A DNA stretch of 34,987 nucleotides from the sequence record SRR2962707_4980. One strand, written 5' to 3'. A model generated the notes under the pieces. The model saw only the letters and a list, made by a program, of their open reading frames with translations. It searched no databases and was not told where the DNA came from. A program made the translations under genes and the position numbers. Shown here in pieces: positions 8,290 to 17,839 of this stretch. How positions within the stretch are numbered: the first letter of the stretch is position 1; the number at the start of each line of letters is the position of its first letter.

Positions 8290-8385
8290 GATTTTATTTG
8301 AGTCTGGTTAGTAACTCCGAAGTTAAGAAGATTCTTGTGTTCTTGAATTTGATTTAAATTGGCAGGCTAGAAAAAATACCTGACT

Positions 8386-10011
8386 ATGAATAAATATCTA
8401 TTAATTCTGTTACTCGGCGCGGCACTGTTCGCCTGCCAGCCTGCTTCAGAAACTTCTGAAGTGAAGATTTCAGAGGAATCATTAAAAGCACACATTCAAG
8501 TACTTTCATCTGATGATTTTCAGGGAAGAAAACCCTTTACAGAAGGAGAAATAAAGACAGTCAACTACCTGGTAGATCAGTTTAAAGATTATGGATTGGA
8601 ACCAGGAAATGGAGACTCATTTACGCAGGAAGTTCCATTGGTGGAATTGACGGCCATGCCTTCCGAGACAATGACCATTGAAGGGAATGGACAAACTGTA
8701 GAGCTAAATGTGCTTGAGGACTTTGTCGCTTATACTGAACGTGTTGTTGAAGAAACATCACTGGATGCTTCAGAACTGGTTTTTGCTGGCTATGGTGTGG
8801 TTGCTCCGGAGTACGGATGGAATGATTATGAGGGATTAGATGTGAAAGGAAAAACCGTAGTTGTTCTGGTAAATGACCCAGGATTCGCGTCTGGGGATTC
8901 TACTTTCTTTAAGGGAGAGACCATGACATACTATGGTCGATGGACGTATAAATATGAAGAAGCAGCGAGACAAGGAGCAGCAGGATGTTTGATTATTCAC
9001 GAAACTGTGCCTGCGGGCTACCCGTGGTTGGTGGTAAGGAACTCCTGGTCCGGAGCAAGTTTGTATCTGGATCAATCCGGAGCAAACTATCAACCGAATG
9101 TATTAGGCTGGATTACAAGAGATGCCGCGATCAAAATATTTGAGGCTTCTGGACAGGACATGACTAATTATGCTGAGAGGTCCAGAAGCGAAGATTTTCA
9201 ACCGTTTAGTTTAGGGTTGAATGCTTCCGTATCGGTGAAAAATAAAATCAAGCGAGATCAGTCTCAAAATGTGATTGCAAAGATTACCGGATCTAAGAGA
9301 CCCGATGAATACATTATCTACTCAGCACATTGGGATCATTTGGGAGTAGGGCAGGAAATCGATGGCGATAGCATTTACAATGGTGCACATGACAATGCAT
9401 CCGGAACTGCTACCATGCTTGGAATTGCGGAAGCTATGTCAAAAAAGAAAACCAAGCCAGAACGTACGGTTGTATTTCTTGCAGTAACAGCAGAGGAACA
9501 AGGTTTACTTGGATCGAAGCACTACGCACAAAATCCAATCTATCCACCGGCACAAACGGTAGCCAACATTAATATGGATGGAATTACTGCCTGGGGTCCA
9601 ATGAAGGATCTGACAGTTGTTGGTTATGGGCAGTCTGAGTTGGAGGACATTGCTGAAAAAGTAGCTAAGACGCAAGGGAGATATATTCTTGCGGATCCTG
9701 ATCCAGGGAAAGGATACTTCTTCCGTTCGGATCATTTTCAGTTTGCCAAAGTGGGAATTCCAGCTCTGTATGCATCAGGTGGATATGAACACATGACGAA
9801 AGGCGTGGACTATGTGGACAGCCTGAATCAGGTATATCTTTCAACCCAGTACCACCGTCCGCAGGATGAGTTCAATTCGGATCATTGGACGTTCGATGGC
9901 ATGGCGCTTGATGGAGAATTGCTAATGGAAGTAGGCCTGGAGGTAGCTAATTCTAATGACTGGCCAAAGTGGAAAGAAGGGTCTGAATTTAAGGCCATCA
10001 GAGAGCAATAA
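8386..10011 (+). CDS. M28 family metallopeptidase lipoprotein with PA domain
   Basis: Lipobox LFAC; FAGYG PA region; SAHWDHLG, NGAHDNASG, TAEEQGLLGS, NMD, RSDH and YH. Confidence 0.93.
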   Translation: MNKYLLILLLGAALFACQPASETSEVKISEESLKAHIQVLSSDDFQGRKPFTEGEIKTVNYLVDQFKDYGLEPGNGDSFTQEVPLVELTAMPSETMTIEGNGQTVELNVLEDFVAYTERVVEETSLDASELVFAGYGVVAPEYGWNDYEGLDVKGKTVVVLVNDPGFASGDSTFFKGETMTYYGRWTYKYEEAARQGAAGCLIIHETVPAGYPWLVVRNSWSGASLYLDQSGANYQPNVLGWITRDAAIKIFEASGQDMTNYAERSRSEDFQPFSLGLNASVSVKNKIKRDQSQNVIAKITGSKRPDEYIIYSAHWDHLGVGQEIDGDSIYNGAHDNASGTATMLGIAEAMSKKKTKPERTVVFLAVTAEEQGLLGSKHYAQNPIYPPAQTVANINMDGITAWGPMKDLTVVGYGQSELEDIAEKVAKTQGRYILADPDPGKGYFFRSDHFQFAKVGIPALYASGGYEHMTKGVDYVDSLNQVYLSTQYHRPQDEFNSDHWTFDGMALDGELLMEVGLEVANSNDWPKWKEGSEFKAIREQ

Positions 10012-10037
10012 ACCATAAGTGATATACAAAAAGCAAT

Positions 10038-10072
10038 AAAGCAGTGCCATTGATCGTGGCACTGCTTTTTTT
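10038..10072 (+). terminator. Rho-independent terminator
   Basis: AAAGCAGTGCCA-TTGATCG-TGGCACTGCTTTTTTT. Confidence 0.9.
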
Positions 10073-10155
10073 ATGGGATTGGATTTAGTAGGCTAATTCA
10101 ATCGATGAGTTAACGGTTGTCATGTAACTTCATGTCTGAATTAAACCTGACAACT

Positions 10156-10725
10156 ATGCGAACTTATTTTTTATCCATTCTGACCATTCTTCTAATTGGC
10201 TCATGTAATCAACCTCAACAAGAAGAGGTCAACGATGTTTCCACGACTATTGAGCTTTATGATTACGATGTTGAAGAAAAAGTCAAAACACTCGGTATTG
10301 AATTGAAGGAACCATCTGCTCCTGTGGCCAACTACGTGAATGCCGTGCGAACGGGAAATTTGGTTTTTATGGCCGGAAAAGGTCCAAATCTTCCGGAGGG
10401 TGGTTATGTGACCGGAAAAGTCGGAGTGGATTTGACGGTAGAGGAGGGCTATGAAGCAGCAAAATTGGTTGCTGCTGCTCAACTGTCTGCTTTAAAAGCG
10501 GAAATCGGTGATCTGAACAAAGTGGTTCGAATCATTAAAGTACTTGGGATGGTAAATTGTACATCAGACTTTGGTAATCAACCGGAAGTGATCAATGGAT
10601 TTTCAGATACCATGGTGGAGGTATTTGGTGAGCGAGGCAAACATGCAAGAGCTGCTGTGGGGATGGGCTCGCTTCCGCGAAACATTGCCGTTGAAATCGA
10701 AATGATTGTGGAGGTGAAAGAATAA
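10156..10725 (+). CDS. Rid (YjgF/YER057c/UK114) family protein with N-terminal lipoprotein signal
   Basis: The ATG at 10156 gives MRTYFLSILTILLIGSC. The Rid domain has ANYV, VINGFSD, FGERGKHARAAVG and LPRNIAVEIE. Confidence 0.88.
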   Translation: MRTYFLSILTILLIGSCNQPQQEEVNDVSTTIELYDYDVEEKVKTLGIELKEPSAPVANYVNAVRTGNLVFMAGKGPNLPEGGYVTGKVGVDLTVEEGYEAAKLVAAAQLSALKAEIGDLNKVVRIIKVLGMVNCTSDFGNQPEVINGFSDTMVEVFGERGKHARAAVGMGSLPRNIAVEIEMIVEVKE

Positions 10726-10729
10726 AAAA

Positions 10730-11812
10730 GTGAGACAGGGCTTACTTTTGATTTTGCTTCTCAGTGGACTGATTTTGTGTGCTCAGGAGTCTGATACTAC
10801 AATTAAAAAAAACTCATTTGTCGTTTTTCCTGCAATCAGTTACGCACCTGAAACGGATTTACAGCTTGGGGCAGTAGGCATCTGGGTTTTAAATAATGAG
10901 AATAATTTCCAGTCTGGCTTTAGAAGGCAATCCACTCTCACTCCTTATTTTGTATATACATTGAAGAGACAATCCATTGCTGTCGCTAATCTGGATTATT
11001 ATTTTTCAAAAGGACAAAATCTGAATACAGCTGTTCGTTACTACAATTTTCCCGATTCATACTATGGAATTGGAAATGATAACGATCCGGATATTTTCGA
11101 AAAATATACTAATCGCTTTTTTCAGATCGAAGGTCAGTATCTGATACCTGTTAATGAGAAGGTTTTTCTGGGAGGGGCTTATGATGCACATTTTACTCGA
11201 ATTGTTAATGTAGAAGTAGGGGGATTATTGGAAACACAAAACCCGGAGGGTATAGATGGAGGAAATCTCTTTGGTGTTGGGCCAGCGTTTCGGTACGATA
11301 CTCGAGACTACACGGTTTATCCTTCTACCGGATATTTTATTTCCAGCCGAATTATCATAAATGCAATAGGTGACTTCAATTACACGACATATATCGCTGA
11401 TGCACGTAAATACCTGGATCTGAAAGATAAAAAGCACATTCTTGCCATCCAGTTCAGGGGGCAGTTCACCTCAGGAACAGATGTTCCATTTTATAAGCTA
11501 CCTCAGCTGGGTGGAGATGAGCGTTTAAGAGGAATTACGAATGCGAGTCTTTATCGCGACCGGCAAATGATGTATACACAAGTGGAGTATAGAAGGCCGC
11601 TTTTCTGGCGTTTTGGAATGACAGTGTTTGCGGGGGTAGGAGATGTAGCCTACAATCCCGATGACTTTAACCTTTCAGCGTTTAAATACATCGCCGGGGT
11701 AGGCGGCCGCCTGTCTTTGATACCGGATAAGCAACTCAATGCTCGATTGGATATCGGGGTTGGAAGAGGCGGGCAAACCGGGATTTACATTGGAGTGAGT
11801 GAAGCTTTTTAG
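10730..11812 (+). CDS. Omp85 (BamA/TamA-family) outer-membrane barrel protein without POTRA domains
   Basis: Signal peptide; P.ISYAPET; YDTRD...PSTG; loop-6-like LGGDERLRG; GVGGR; C-terminal GVSEAF. Confidence 0.85.
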   Translation: MRQGLLLILLLSGLILCAQESDTTIKKNSFVVFPAISYAPETDLQLGAVGIWVLNNENNFQSGFRRQSTLTPYFVYTLKRQSIAVANLDYYFSKGQNLNTAVRYYNFPDSYYGIGNDNDPDIFEKYTNRFFQIEGQYLIPVNEKVFLGGAYDAHFTRIVNVEVGGLLETQNPEGIDGGNLFGVGPAFRYDTRDYTVYPSTGYFISSRIIINAIGDFNYTTYIADARKYLDLKDKKHILAIQFRGQFTSGTDVPFYKLPQLGGDERLRGITNASLYRDRQMMYTQVEYRRPLFWRFGMTVFAGVGDVAYNPDDFNLSAFKYIAGVGGRLSLIPDKQLNARLDIGVGRGGQTGIYIGVSEAF

Positions 11813-11888
11813 AGTCTGATATTATCATCACTAAGTGATTAATTGGTGATTTCTTGCTAACTTTTATTAACAAACAATTCGCATCCTT

Positions 11889-12245
11889 ATGCCGGTTAGC
11901 TACATAAAACATAAAGGAAAGGAGATTTTGTATGTAGATCTTACAGAATCTAAATCAGAGAAGCAATCGCTGGAATTGTTGGAGGAAACCAAACAGGCTT
12001 ACCTTGAAGCTCCGGGGAAGTTACTTGTGCTGGTAAACTCTGATGGTGCATATGTAAATGCAGTGGTGAGTGATAGGATGAAAGAATATGGCCGTACGTA
12101 TTTCAAGGATAAAGCTGAGAAACGAGCATTTGTAGGCATTCAAGGGTTGAAAAAACTCATACTGAAAGCCTATACCAAAATGGTGGGTGGCAATATTCGA
12201 GTGTTTGATGATCTTGAGGAGGCGAAGGATTATTTGGTGGGATAA
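11889..12245 (+). CDS. Small STAS/SpoIIAA-like alpha/beta protein
   Basis: Pattern KGKEILYVD...AFVGIQG..K......F.DLEEAKDYL, typical of STAS/SEC14-like small proteins. Confidence 0.7.
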   Translation: MPVSYIKHKGKEILYVDLTESKSEKQSLELLEETKQAYLEAPGKLLVLVNSDGAYVNAVVSDRMKEYGRTYFKDKAEKRAFVGIQGLKKLILKAYTKMVGGNIRVFDDLEEAKDYLVG

Positions 12246-12327
12246 TAACTGTTTCCACAAACGGTACCAACATTCCTGCAACAATTCCTTTTCTTTGTGA
12301 TCATCTTATTCAAAAAATCAAATCACT

Positions 12328-14439
12328 ATGAGAAAAGTATTTTCACTAATCACACTAATGCTGTGTGTCACTTTGATTGCGCAGGAGAAGCGATTCTTTA
12401 TGCCAAAGGAGATGCGTCAAGCATACGACAAAGGAACCAGATCTTATGATGGAAAGCCGGGACCTAATTACTGGCATAACACTGTAGACTATGATATCAA
12501 AGCCTCCATAGATCCAGAAACTCGTGGGATCAATGGAAAGTCTATCATCAAGTATCAAAATAATAGTCCGGATGATCTTTCGGCTATTGTTGTTCGTTTA
12601 TACAATGATGTATATAAGAAGGGAAACACCCGACTCACCACTATCGATGATCGTGATGTAAATGACGGGATGACATTGAACATGGTGCAAGTACGAGGCG
12701 ACTCAATTGATCTTGAAAGCCGATCTGTAACCCGAAATGGAACTAACCTTTTTATCCGTCTGGAAGAACCAGTGAAAAGCGGTGAAAGCATTGATTTAGC
12801 GATAAACTGGGAGACGGTTATTCCTTACACCAACCGAAGAACCGGAGTGGCAGACAGTACTTCATTCTTTGTGGCCTATTGGTATCCACAAATTGCCGTT
12901 TATGACGATGTATTTGGCTGGGATACACAGAACTACACGTTTAGAACGGAGTTTTATAATAACCTGGCAAACTTCAATGTGGAATTTACAGCTCCTGAGT
13001 CATTCACTATCTGGGCGACTGGAGTCCTACAGAACCCGGACAAAGTGTTCAATGAGGAAATTCTTGAGCGATACAATACGGCACTTACTGCCACTGAACC
13101 AATGGATATTATTGGAGGTGATGATTTGAATGATAGCTTCTCACACATGTCAGGGACATGGATTTTTAAAGCCGATGAAGTACCGGATTTCGCCTTCGCG
13201 ATGAGTGATCACTATGAGTGGAATGCAGCCTCTCAAAAGGTTGATGGAGAAGACGTATTGATAAGCTCAGTATATCCTATGGGTAACCCACAGGCTTTTG
13301 CTGCGATGACTCCAAATCAGCAGAAGACAATGAAGCACTTCTCCGAAGATATTCCGGGTGTTCCTTATCCGTACCCAAGATTTACCACCTTCATTGGACT
13401 AGGAGGGGGTGGAATGGAGTTTCCAATGATGGCCTACAATGGTGGCCCTGGTTTGGGGGTTACCGTCCATGAAATGTACCACATGTACTTCCCAATGTAT
13501 GTGCGTGTCAATGAAAGACGTTTTGCCTGGATGGATGAAGGTTGGGCAGATTACATTACCTCATTGGTGACGAATCGATTTTTCCAAAATGATGACTCTC
13601 CGCTTTTCACTACTTTCAAAGGAAGTGTAGGAGGGATGCAGGGACAGTATGAAGACTTGCCATTATTTGCGTCTTCTCAATTCATGGATGGCACCAACTA
13701 TGGTTATTCTGCTTACCCATTACCGGCATTTATTTACTCAATGCTTCACCAGCACCTGGGTGATGAAGTGTTTTTCAAAGCTTACAAAGAGTACATCAAC
13801 AGATGGGCACTTAAGTCTCCAATTCCTTATGATTTCTTTTACACAATGGAGGATGTCAGTGGACAAGATCTTAGCTGGCTGTGGAAGCCTTGGTTCTTTG
13901 AATTTGGTGCTCCGGATCTAAAGATAGGGGGAATCAAGAAAGATAAGCTTACGGTTATTAATGCAGGTAGCAGACCTGTGCCGGTGAAAGTAGAGGTGAA
14001 ATATAATGATGGAACAGACTATGAAACCACTCTCTCAGGTAAAGAAATTTATGGCAAGAATGAGTTTGTAGTATCCATTCCTGAATACAAAAAGATTGAA
14101 ACCATAGCCGTAAATGCCAGTGTTCCTGACCTTGATGATACAGATAACTTCTATCCGTCACTTCAGGAACGAATGGCGGGCGTAGAAGTACCGGAATCAA
14201 TTCTTGGGTCTTATACCATTGCTAACTTTAATATCAGTGCAACAATGGAAAAGGAAGATGGTCTGGTAAAAGTGAAAATACCTGCTGCCGGAATGAACAT
14301 GGTTGTTTTGCCAAATGAAGATACGTGGCAATCACTCGATGGTCAGGTCGTTATAAAGTTTGATGATAGTGGTGATAAAACCAGTATGTCAATGGAATTG
14401 AAACAATTTGGTGTGACTGTGCAGGGCACACATGACTAA
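12328..14439 (+). CDS. M1 family metallopeptidase, secreted
   Basis: Signal peptide; DGKPGPNYW; WYPQIAVYDD; GGMEFPM; HEMYH-x18-E (WMDEG); DLSWLWKPWF. Confidence 0.92.
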   Translation: MRKVFSLITLMLCVTLIAQEKRFFMPKEMRQAYDKGTRSYDGKPGPNYWHNTVDYDIKASIDPETRGINGKSIIKYQNNSPDDLSAIVVRLYNDVYKKGNTRLTTIDDRDVNDGMTLNMVQVRGDSIDLESRSVTRNGTNLFIRLEEPVKSGESIDLAINWETVIPYTNRRTGVADSTSFFVAYWYPQIAVYDDVFGWDTQNYTFRTEFYNNLANFNVEFTAPESFTIWATGVLQNPDKVFNEEILERYNTALTATEPMDIIGGDDLNDSFSHMSGTWIFKADEVPDFAFAMSDHYEWNAASQKVDGEDVLISSVYPMGNPQAFAAMTPNQQKTMKHFSEDIPGVPYPYPRFTTFIGLGGGGMEFPMMAYNGGPGLGVTVHEMYHMYFPMYVRVNERRFAWMDEGWADYITSLVTNRFFQNDDSPLFTTFKGSVGGMQGQYEDLPLFASSQFMDGTNYGYSAYPLPAFIYSMLHQHLGDEVFFKAYKEYINRWALKSPIPYDFFYTMEDVSGQDLSWLWKPWFFEFGAPDLKIGGIKKDKLTVINAGSRPVPVKVEVKYNDGTDYETTLSGKEIYGKNEFVVSIPEYKKIETIAVNASVPDLDDTDNFYPSLQERMAGVEVPESILGSYTIANFNISATMEKEDGLVKVKIPAAGMNMVVLPNEDTWQSLDGQVVIKFDDSGDKTSMSMELKQFGVTVQGTHD

Positions 14440-14458
14440 GTAACAGATGAGAAAATAT

Positions 14459-14488
14459 AAAGCCCCGCTGAAAAGTGGGGCTTTTTTT
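14459..14488. terminator. Terminator between convergent genes, probably bidirectional
   Basis: AAAGCCCCGCT-GAAA-AGTGGGGCTTTTTTT. Confidence 0.88.
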
Positions 14489-15161
14489 ATAGCGTCAGTT
14501 TTTTAAAGACACTTTCCTTAAAGTTTGCTCCAATTGGAATTATCTGTTTTCCAATGTAAATGGTATCATTATTCAGTTTGGTTATCGCTTTTGTATTAGT
14601 GATAAAGGAGCGCTGCACTTGCATGAAATAACCGGGCAGACGACTCAATGCTTCACTGACCGATTCCCGTGCAATGATTTTTTCATTGGAGGTATGATAA
14701 GTCATATAGTTGCCATCTTTTTCAAGATACAGAATGGATTCCGTGTTGATTAGATGCGTAGATGCTCCACTTTTGATGGCAATGGTAGAATCGGCATCCT
14801 CTTTTTTTACTTCACTTTTTTTGAGCAGCTTACTCATCGCATTTGTAAATCGCTCTAATGAAATGGGCTTTAGCAAGTAGTCAACGGCATTCACCTCGTA
14901 GCTTTCCACCGCATATTCGGAATAGGCTGTTGTAAATATGACCTTTGTGTCTGAATCTATCATTTTGGATAAAGAAATACCTGTGATGTGTGGCATGTTA
15001 ATGTCCAGAAAAACGACATCTACCTTTTCGTTTGAAAGAAATTCAAAAGCTTTGAGTCCATTGCGAAAAGCACCGACCAGTTCTACGCCTTTAAAGTGGT
15101 TTAGATAACCTGATAATAGGTCTATTGCTTTGGGTTCATCGTCTACGATTATGACTCTCAT
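14487..15161 (-). CDS. LytTR-family response regulator
   Basis: IVDDEP...FLDINMP...FTTAY...DYLLKP receiver domain; LytTR domain ILYLEKDGNY...FMQVQRSFI. Confidence 0.95.
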   Translation of the reverse strand: MRVIIVDDEPKAIDLLSGYLNHFKGVELVGAFRNGLKAFEFLSNEKVDVVFLDINMPHITGISLSKMIDSDTKVIFTTAYSEYAVESYEVNAVDYLLKPISLERFTNAMSKLLKKSEVKKEDADSTIAIKSGASTHLINTESILYLEKDGNYMTYHTSNEKIIARESVSEALSRLPGYFMQVQRSFITNTKAITKLNNDTIYIGKQIIPIGANFKESVFKKLTL

Positions 15162-16177
15162 GTCGTTTCCAGTTTTAGATTTACCTCAAATAAATCTTCA
15201 GACTTAATTTCCAGACTGTGTCTTTCAGGGTAAACAAGGGCTAATCGTTTTCTTACAGTTTCTATACCCGTTCCATTGCCTGTTTTGCTCACACTATCTA
15301 ATACTTCATTCATAGTAGAAAAGAAGATTTGATTTGATTGACTAATATCAAAACGGATTTCAATAGAAGTTTTCTTTTCTGGTTCAGTCCCATATTTAAA
15401 CGCATTTTCTACGAATGAAATGAATAAACCAGGTTCTACCTTTTGATTGTTATAGTCGCCGCTCACTTGTAAATCGACATTTACCTCATCTGTTTCAAAC
15501 CGAAGCAGTTGAAGGGCGATGTAATTTTTTGTAAAATCGATCTCCTGCTGAATGCTTACCTCATCCGATTTGGTTTCGTCAATGACATAGCGGAGCAATT
15601 GTGATAACTCCTCGAAAGAACGTGCAAGCTTTGGCGCGGACTGCTGATCTACCATAGAAAGCAGATTGTTCAACGCGTTGAACAAAAAGTGAGGTTGCAG
15701 TTGATTGCGCATTAGATTGATTTCGGCCTGCTTCTTTTCCAATTGCAGCTGGCGTTGGTTGCGATCCGTTTTGATCCACATACGTGTAAGTCCGTAAGCG
15801 GTGGAAATAGTATAGTAAAATAAAGTGATGCCGGCTAACAGGCTTAGAGGTAAGCGTAGTGTATTAGAAAATTGGTTGGAGATAACCAAAAATGCAAGAC
15901 CTATCAGATAGATAAGAACTGATCGAGAAATGATTGTTGGACGATGTGCAGATGAGTTAAGCTTGCTCAGGTTCCAAATGTTGATATAGCTAATGATAGC
16001 TGATATAAAAACACAGAAAATCAGCTTAAAAATGAGTTGTGTGTTTCTGATGGTCTCCACTCGTTCCACTCCATTAATAATTTCCATTTCCTGTCGCTCT
16101 ATAGAAAACCCGCTGGTGATTAACCACCCGGTACTTACCCAAAAAAAGAGATGGATTATGATCGTTTTCCAATTCAT
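15158..16177 (-). CDS. LytS/YehU-type sensor histidine kinase
   Basis: Several TM helices; QLQPHFLFNALNN, LLRY, FVENAFKYG and GTGIETVRKRL. ATGA overlap with the regulator. Confidence 0.93.
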   Translation of the reverse strand: MNWKTIIIHLFFWVSTGWLITSGFSIERQEMEIINGVERVETIRNTQLIFKLIFCVFISAIISYINIWNLSKLNSSAHRPTIISRSVLIYLIGLAFLVISNQFSNTLRLPLSLLAGITLFYYTISTAYGLTRMWIKTDRNQRQLQLEKKQAEINLMRNQLQPHFLFNALNNLLSMVDQQSAPKLARSFEELSQLLRYVIDETKSDEVSIQQEIDFTKNYIALQLLRFETDEVNVDLQVSGDYNNQKVEPGLFISFVENAFKYGTEPEKKTSIEIRFDISQSNQIFFSTMNEVLDSVSKTGNGTGIETVRKRLALVYPERHSLEIKSEDLFEVNLKLETT

Positions 16178-16373
16178 TATTTAAAAATAGCTGCTTTCGC
16201 AGGTTTTGAAGGTAAGATGTTATGAATGTCTCTTTTGCTGTGATTAAACCCATTCATTTTGGTTTATACCTTTTTTTTAATGTTTCGTCCCACAACCGAG
16301 CATATTCTTACCATGGATGAAAAGTTCATGATCTAAAGTCGTAGCATTGAAATAAACTGAAAATAAAAACGAC

Positions 16374-17792
16374 ATGAAACGATCATTTTTACTCTTCTTC
16401 CTATTACCTACGCTTACAGGATTTGGACAGTCCAGCGGAGCGCAGGTTTTGAGATCTCCAGATTTTGAGTCCAAAGTAGATGAGCTGGTAAGCGAGTACC
16501 AGGCGCTTGATATTTTTTCAGGGGTTGTACTTATTGCAGATGATGGTGAGCCGGTTTATCACAAGGCATTTGGTTTGGCGAATCGTGAAAAAGGCATCCC
16601 AAATACACTAGATACCCATTTTGATATAGGAAGCATGAATAAATCCTTTACGAAGGTTTTGATATTGAACTTGGTAAATGAGGGTAAGCTTTCTTTGGAT
16701 GACAAGTTGGGAGATTATTTGAACGGTTTCCCGAAAGAGGCAGCAGAGAATATTACTATTGAGCACTTATTGAATCACCAATCAGGATATGGAGATTATC
16801 ACACTCAAGAATACTGGCAGCTGCCGAAGGAAAAGAAAAGTCTGGATGTAGCACTGGAGTATATTAGACGTCAGCCACTCATGTTTCCTCCCGGAGATGG
16901 ACAAGAATACAGTAATGCTGGTTATGTGCTATTGGGCTTGATTGCAGAAAAGGCAACCGGACAGTCTTATTTCGATCTGATAGAGGAGCGAATCACAAAG
17001 CCAATGGGAATGAAAGAAACTTACTTAAGAGAAAAATACAGTACTCCAAAGAGAGCTATTGGTTATTACAAAAACATGAAAGGTGAGTTGATGAATAATG
17101 ATGAATTCCAGGAGATCCCTACACCTGCTGGCGGCTTCTATTCCACCACTTCGGACATGCTTGAGTTTTATCGAGCCTACCATTATGGGGATAAGCTATG
17201 GGACTTAGAAACGAAGAAATTAGATAGTTTTTATCCATTCTATCAGGAACACATGACCACCGGAGGAGCGATGAGTCATGCCGGAGGGTTTGAAGGATCA
17301 AACACAGTGCATTATGAAATACTAAGAGATAAGATATCAGTATTAGTTTTTGCGAACATGGATGAAGTAGTCGCAGAGAATCTGGGAGCTGGTATTCTGT
17401 CCATCATACGAGGGCAGCAACCTAAAAAGCCTTCATTACCAGCAACTCAAAGTGTATATCAGGCATTTTCTGAAAACGGCATTGAGTATGTAAGAGAAAA
17501 CTGGGAGAACCTAACGATAAATTTCCATCCGCAAGACCCGAAAGACATGATCCTAAATATGGTAGGTTATGAATTTCTTTTTGATAGAAAGACCGAGCAG
17601 GCAATCGAGGTTTTCAAATTGAATACAGAGCTCTTTCCGAATATCGCAAATTGCTGGGATAGCTATGGAGAGGCCCTGATGAAAAGTGGTAGGAATAAGG
17701 AGTCTCTTAAAGCTTATAAAAAAGCACTGAGTATTCGTCCGGATCTTCCATCTGCCAAGGAGGCTGTGAAAAAGCTGGAAGGAAAATCATGA
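16374..17792 (+). CDS. Serine hydrolase (beta-lactamase/S12 family) with C-terminal TPR
   Basis: Signal peptide; SMNK (SxxK), LLNHQSG, YSN and HAGG; TPR segment FKLNTELFP..ANCWDSYGEA. Confidence 0.92.
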   Translation: MKRSFLLFFLLPTLTGFGQSSGAQVLRSPDFESKVDELVSEYQALDIFSGVVLIADDGEPVYHKAFGLANREKGIPNTLDTHFDIGSMNKSFTKVLILNLVNEGKLSLDDKLGDYLNGFPKEAAENITIEHLLNHQSGYGDYHTQEYWQLPKEKKSLDVALEYIRRQPLMFPPGDGQEYSNAGYVLLGLIAEKATGQSYFDLIEERITKPMGMKETYLREKYSTPKRAIGYYKNMKGELMNNDEFQEIPTPAGGFYSTTSDMLEFYRAYHYGDKLWDLETKKLDSFYPFYQEHMTTGGAMSHAGGFEGSNTVHYEILRDKISVLVFANMDEVVAENLGAGILSIIRGQQPKKPSLPATQSVYQAFSENGIEYVRENWENLTINFHPQDPKDMILNMVGYEFLFDRKTEQAIEVFKLNTELFPNIANCWDSYGEALMKSGRNKESLKAYKKALSIRPDLPSAKEAVKKLEGKS

Positions 17793-17839
17793 AGTTTTGT
17801 ATGGTAACTTTTACAGCCTACAGCGTTTAATCTCATTAA

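Noticed and set aside
8359-8366. TTGGCAGG, a single match to the HTCS half-site upstream of the M28 gene
   Set aside because: There is no convincing partner 21 bp away, and it overlaps a probable -7 element, so it may be chance.
10117-10155. TTG-initiated N-terminal extension of the Rid gene
   Set aside because: The ATG at 10156 has A at -3 and gives a canonical lipoprotein signal.
11817-11839. TGATATTATCA and ATCACTAAGTGAT palindromes, possibly FNR/CRP-like
   Set aside because: The spacing does not match TTGAT-N4-ATCAA, the palindromes are short and AT-rich, and there is no second copy to support them.
16374-17792. Calling the serine hydrolase an antibiotic-resistance beta-lactamase
   Set aside because: SxxK/YxN/HxG with a TPR fits the broad S12 hydrolase group, and there is no evidence for beta-lactam specificity.
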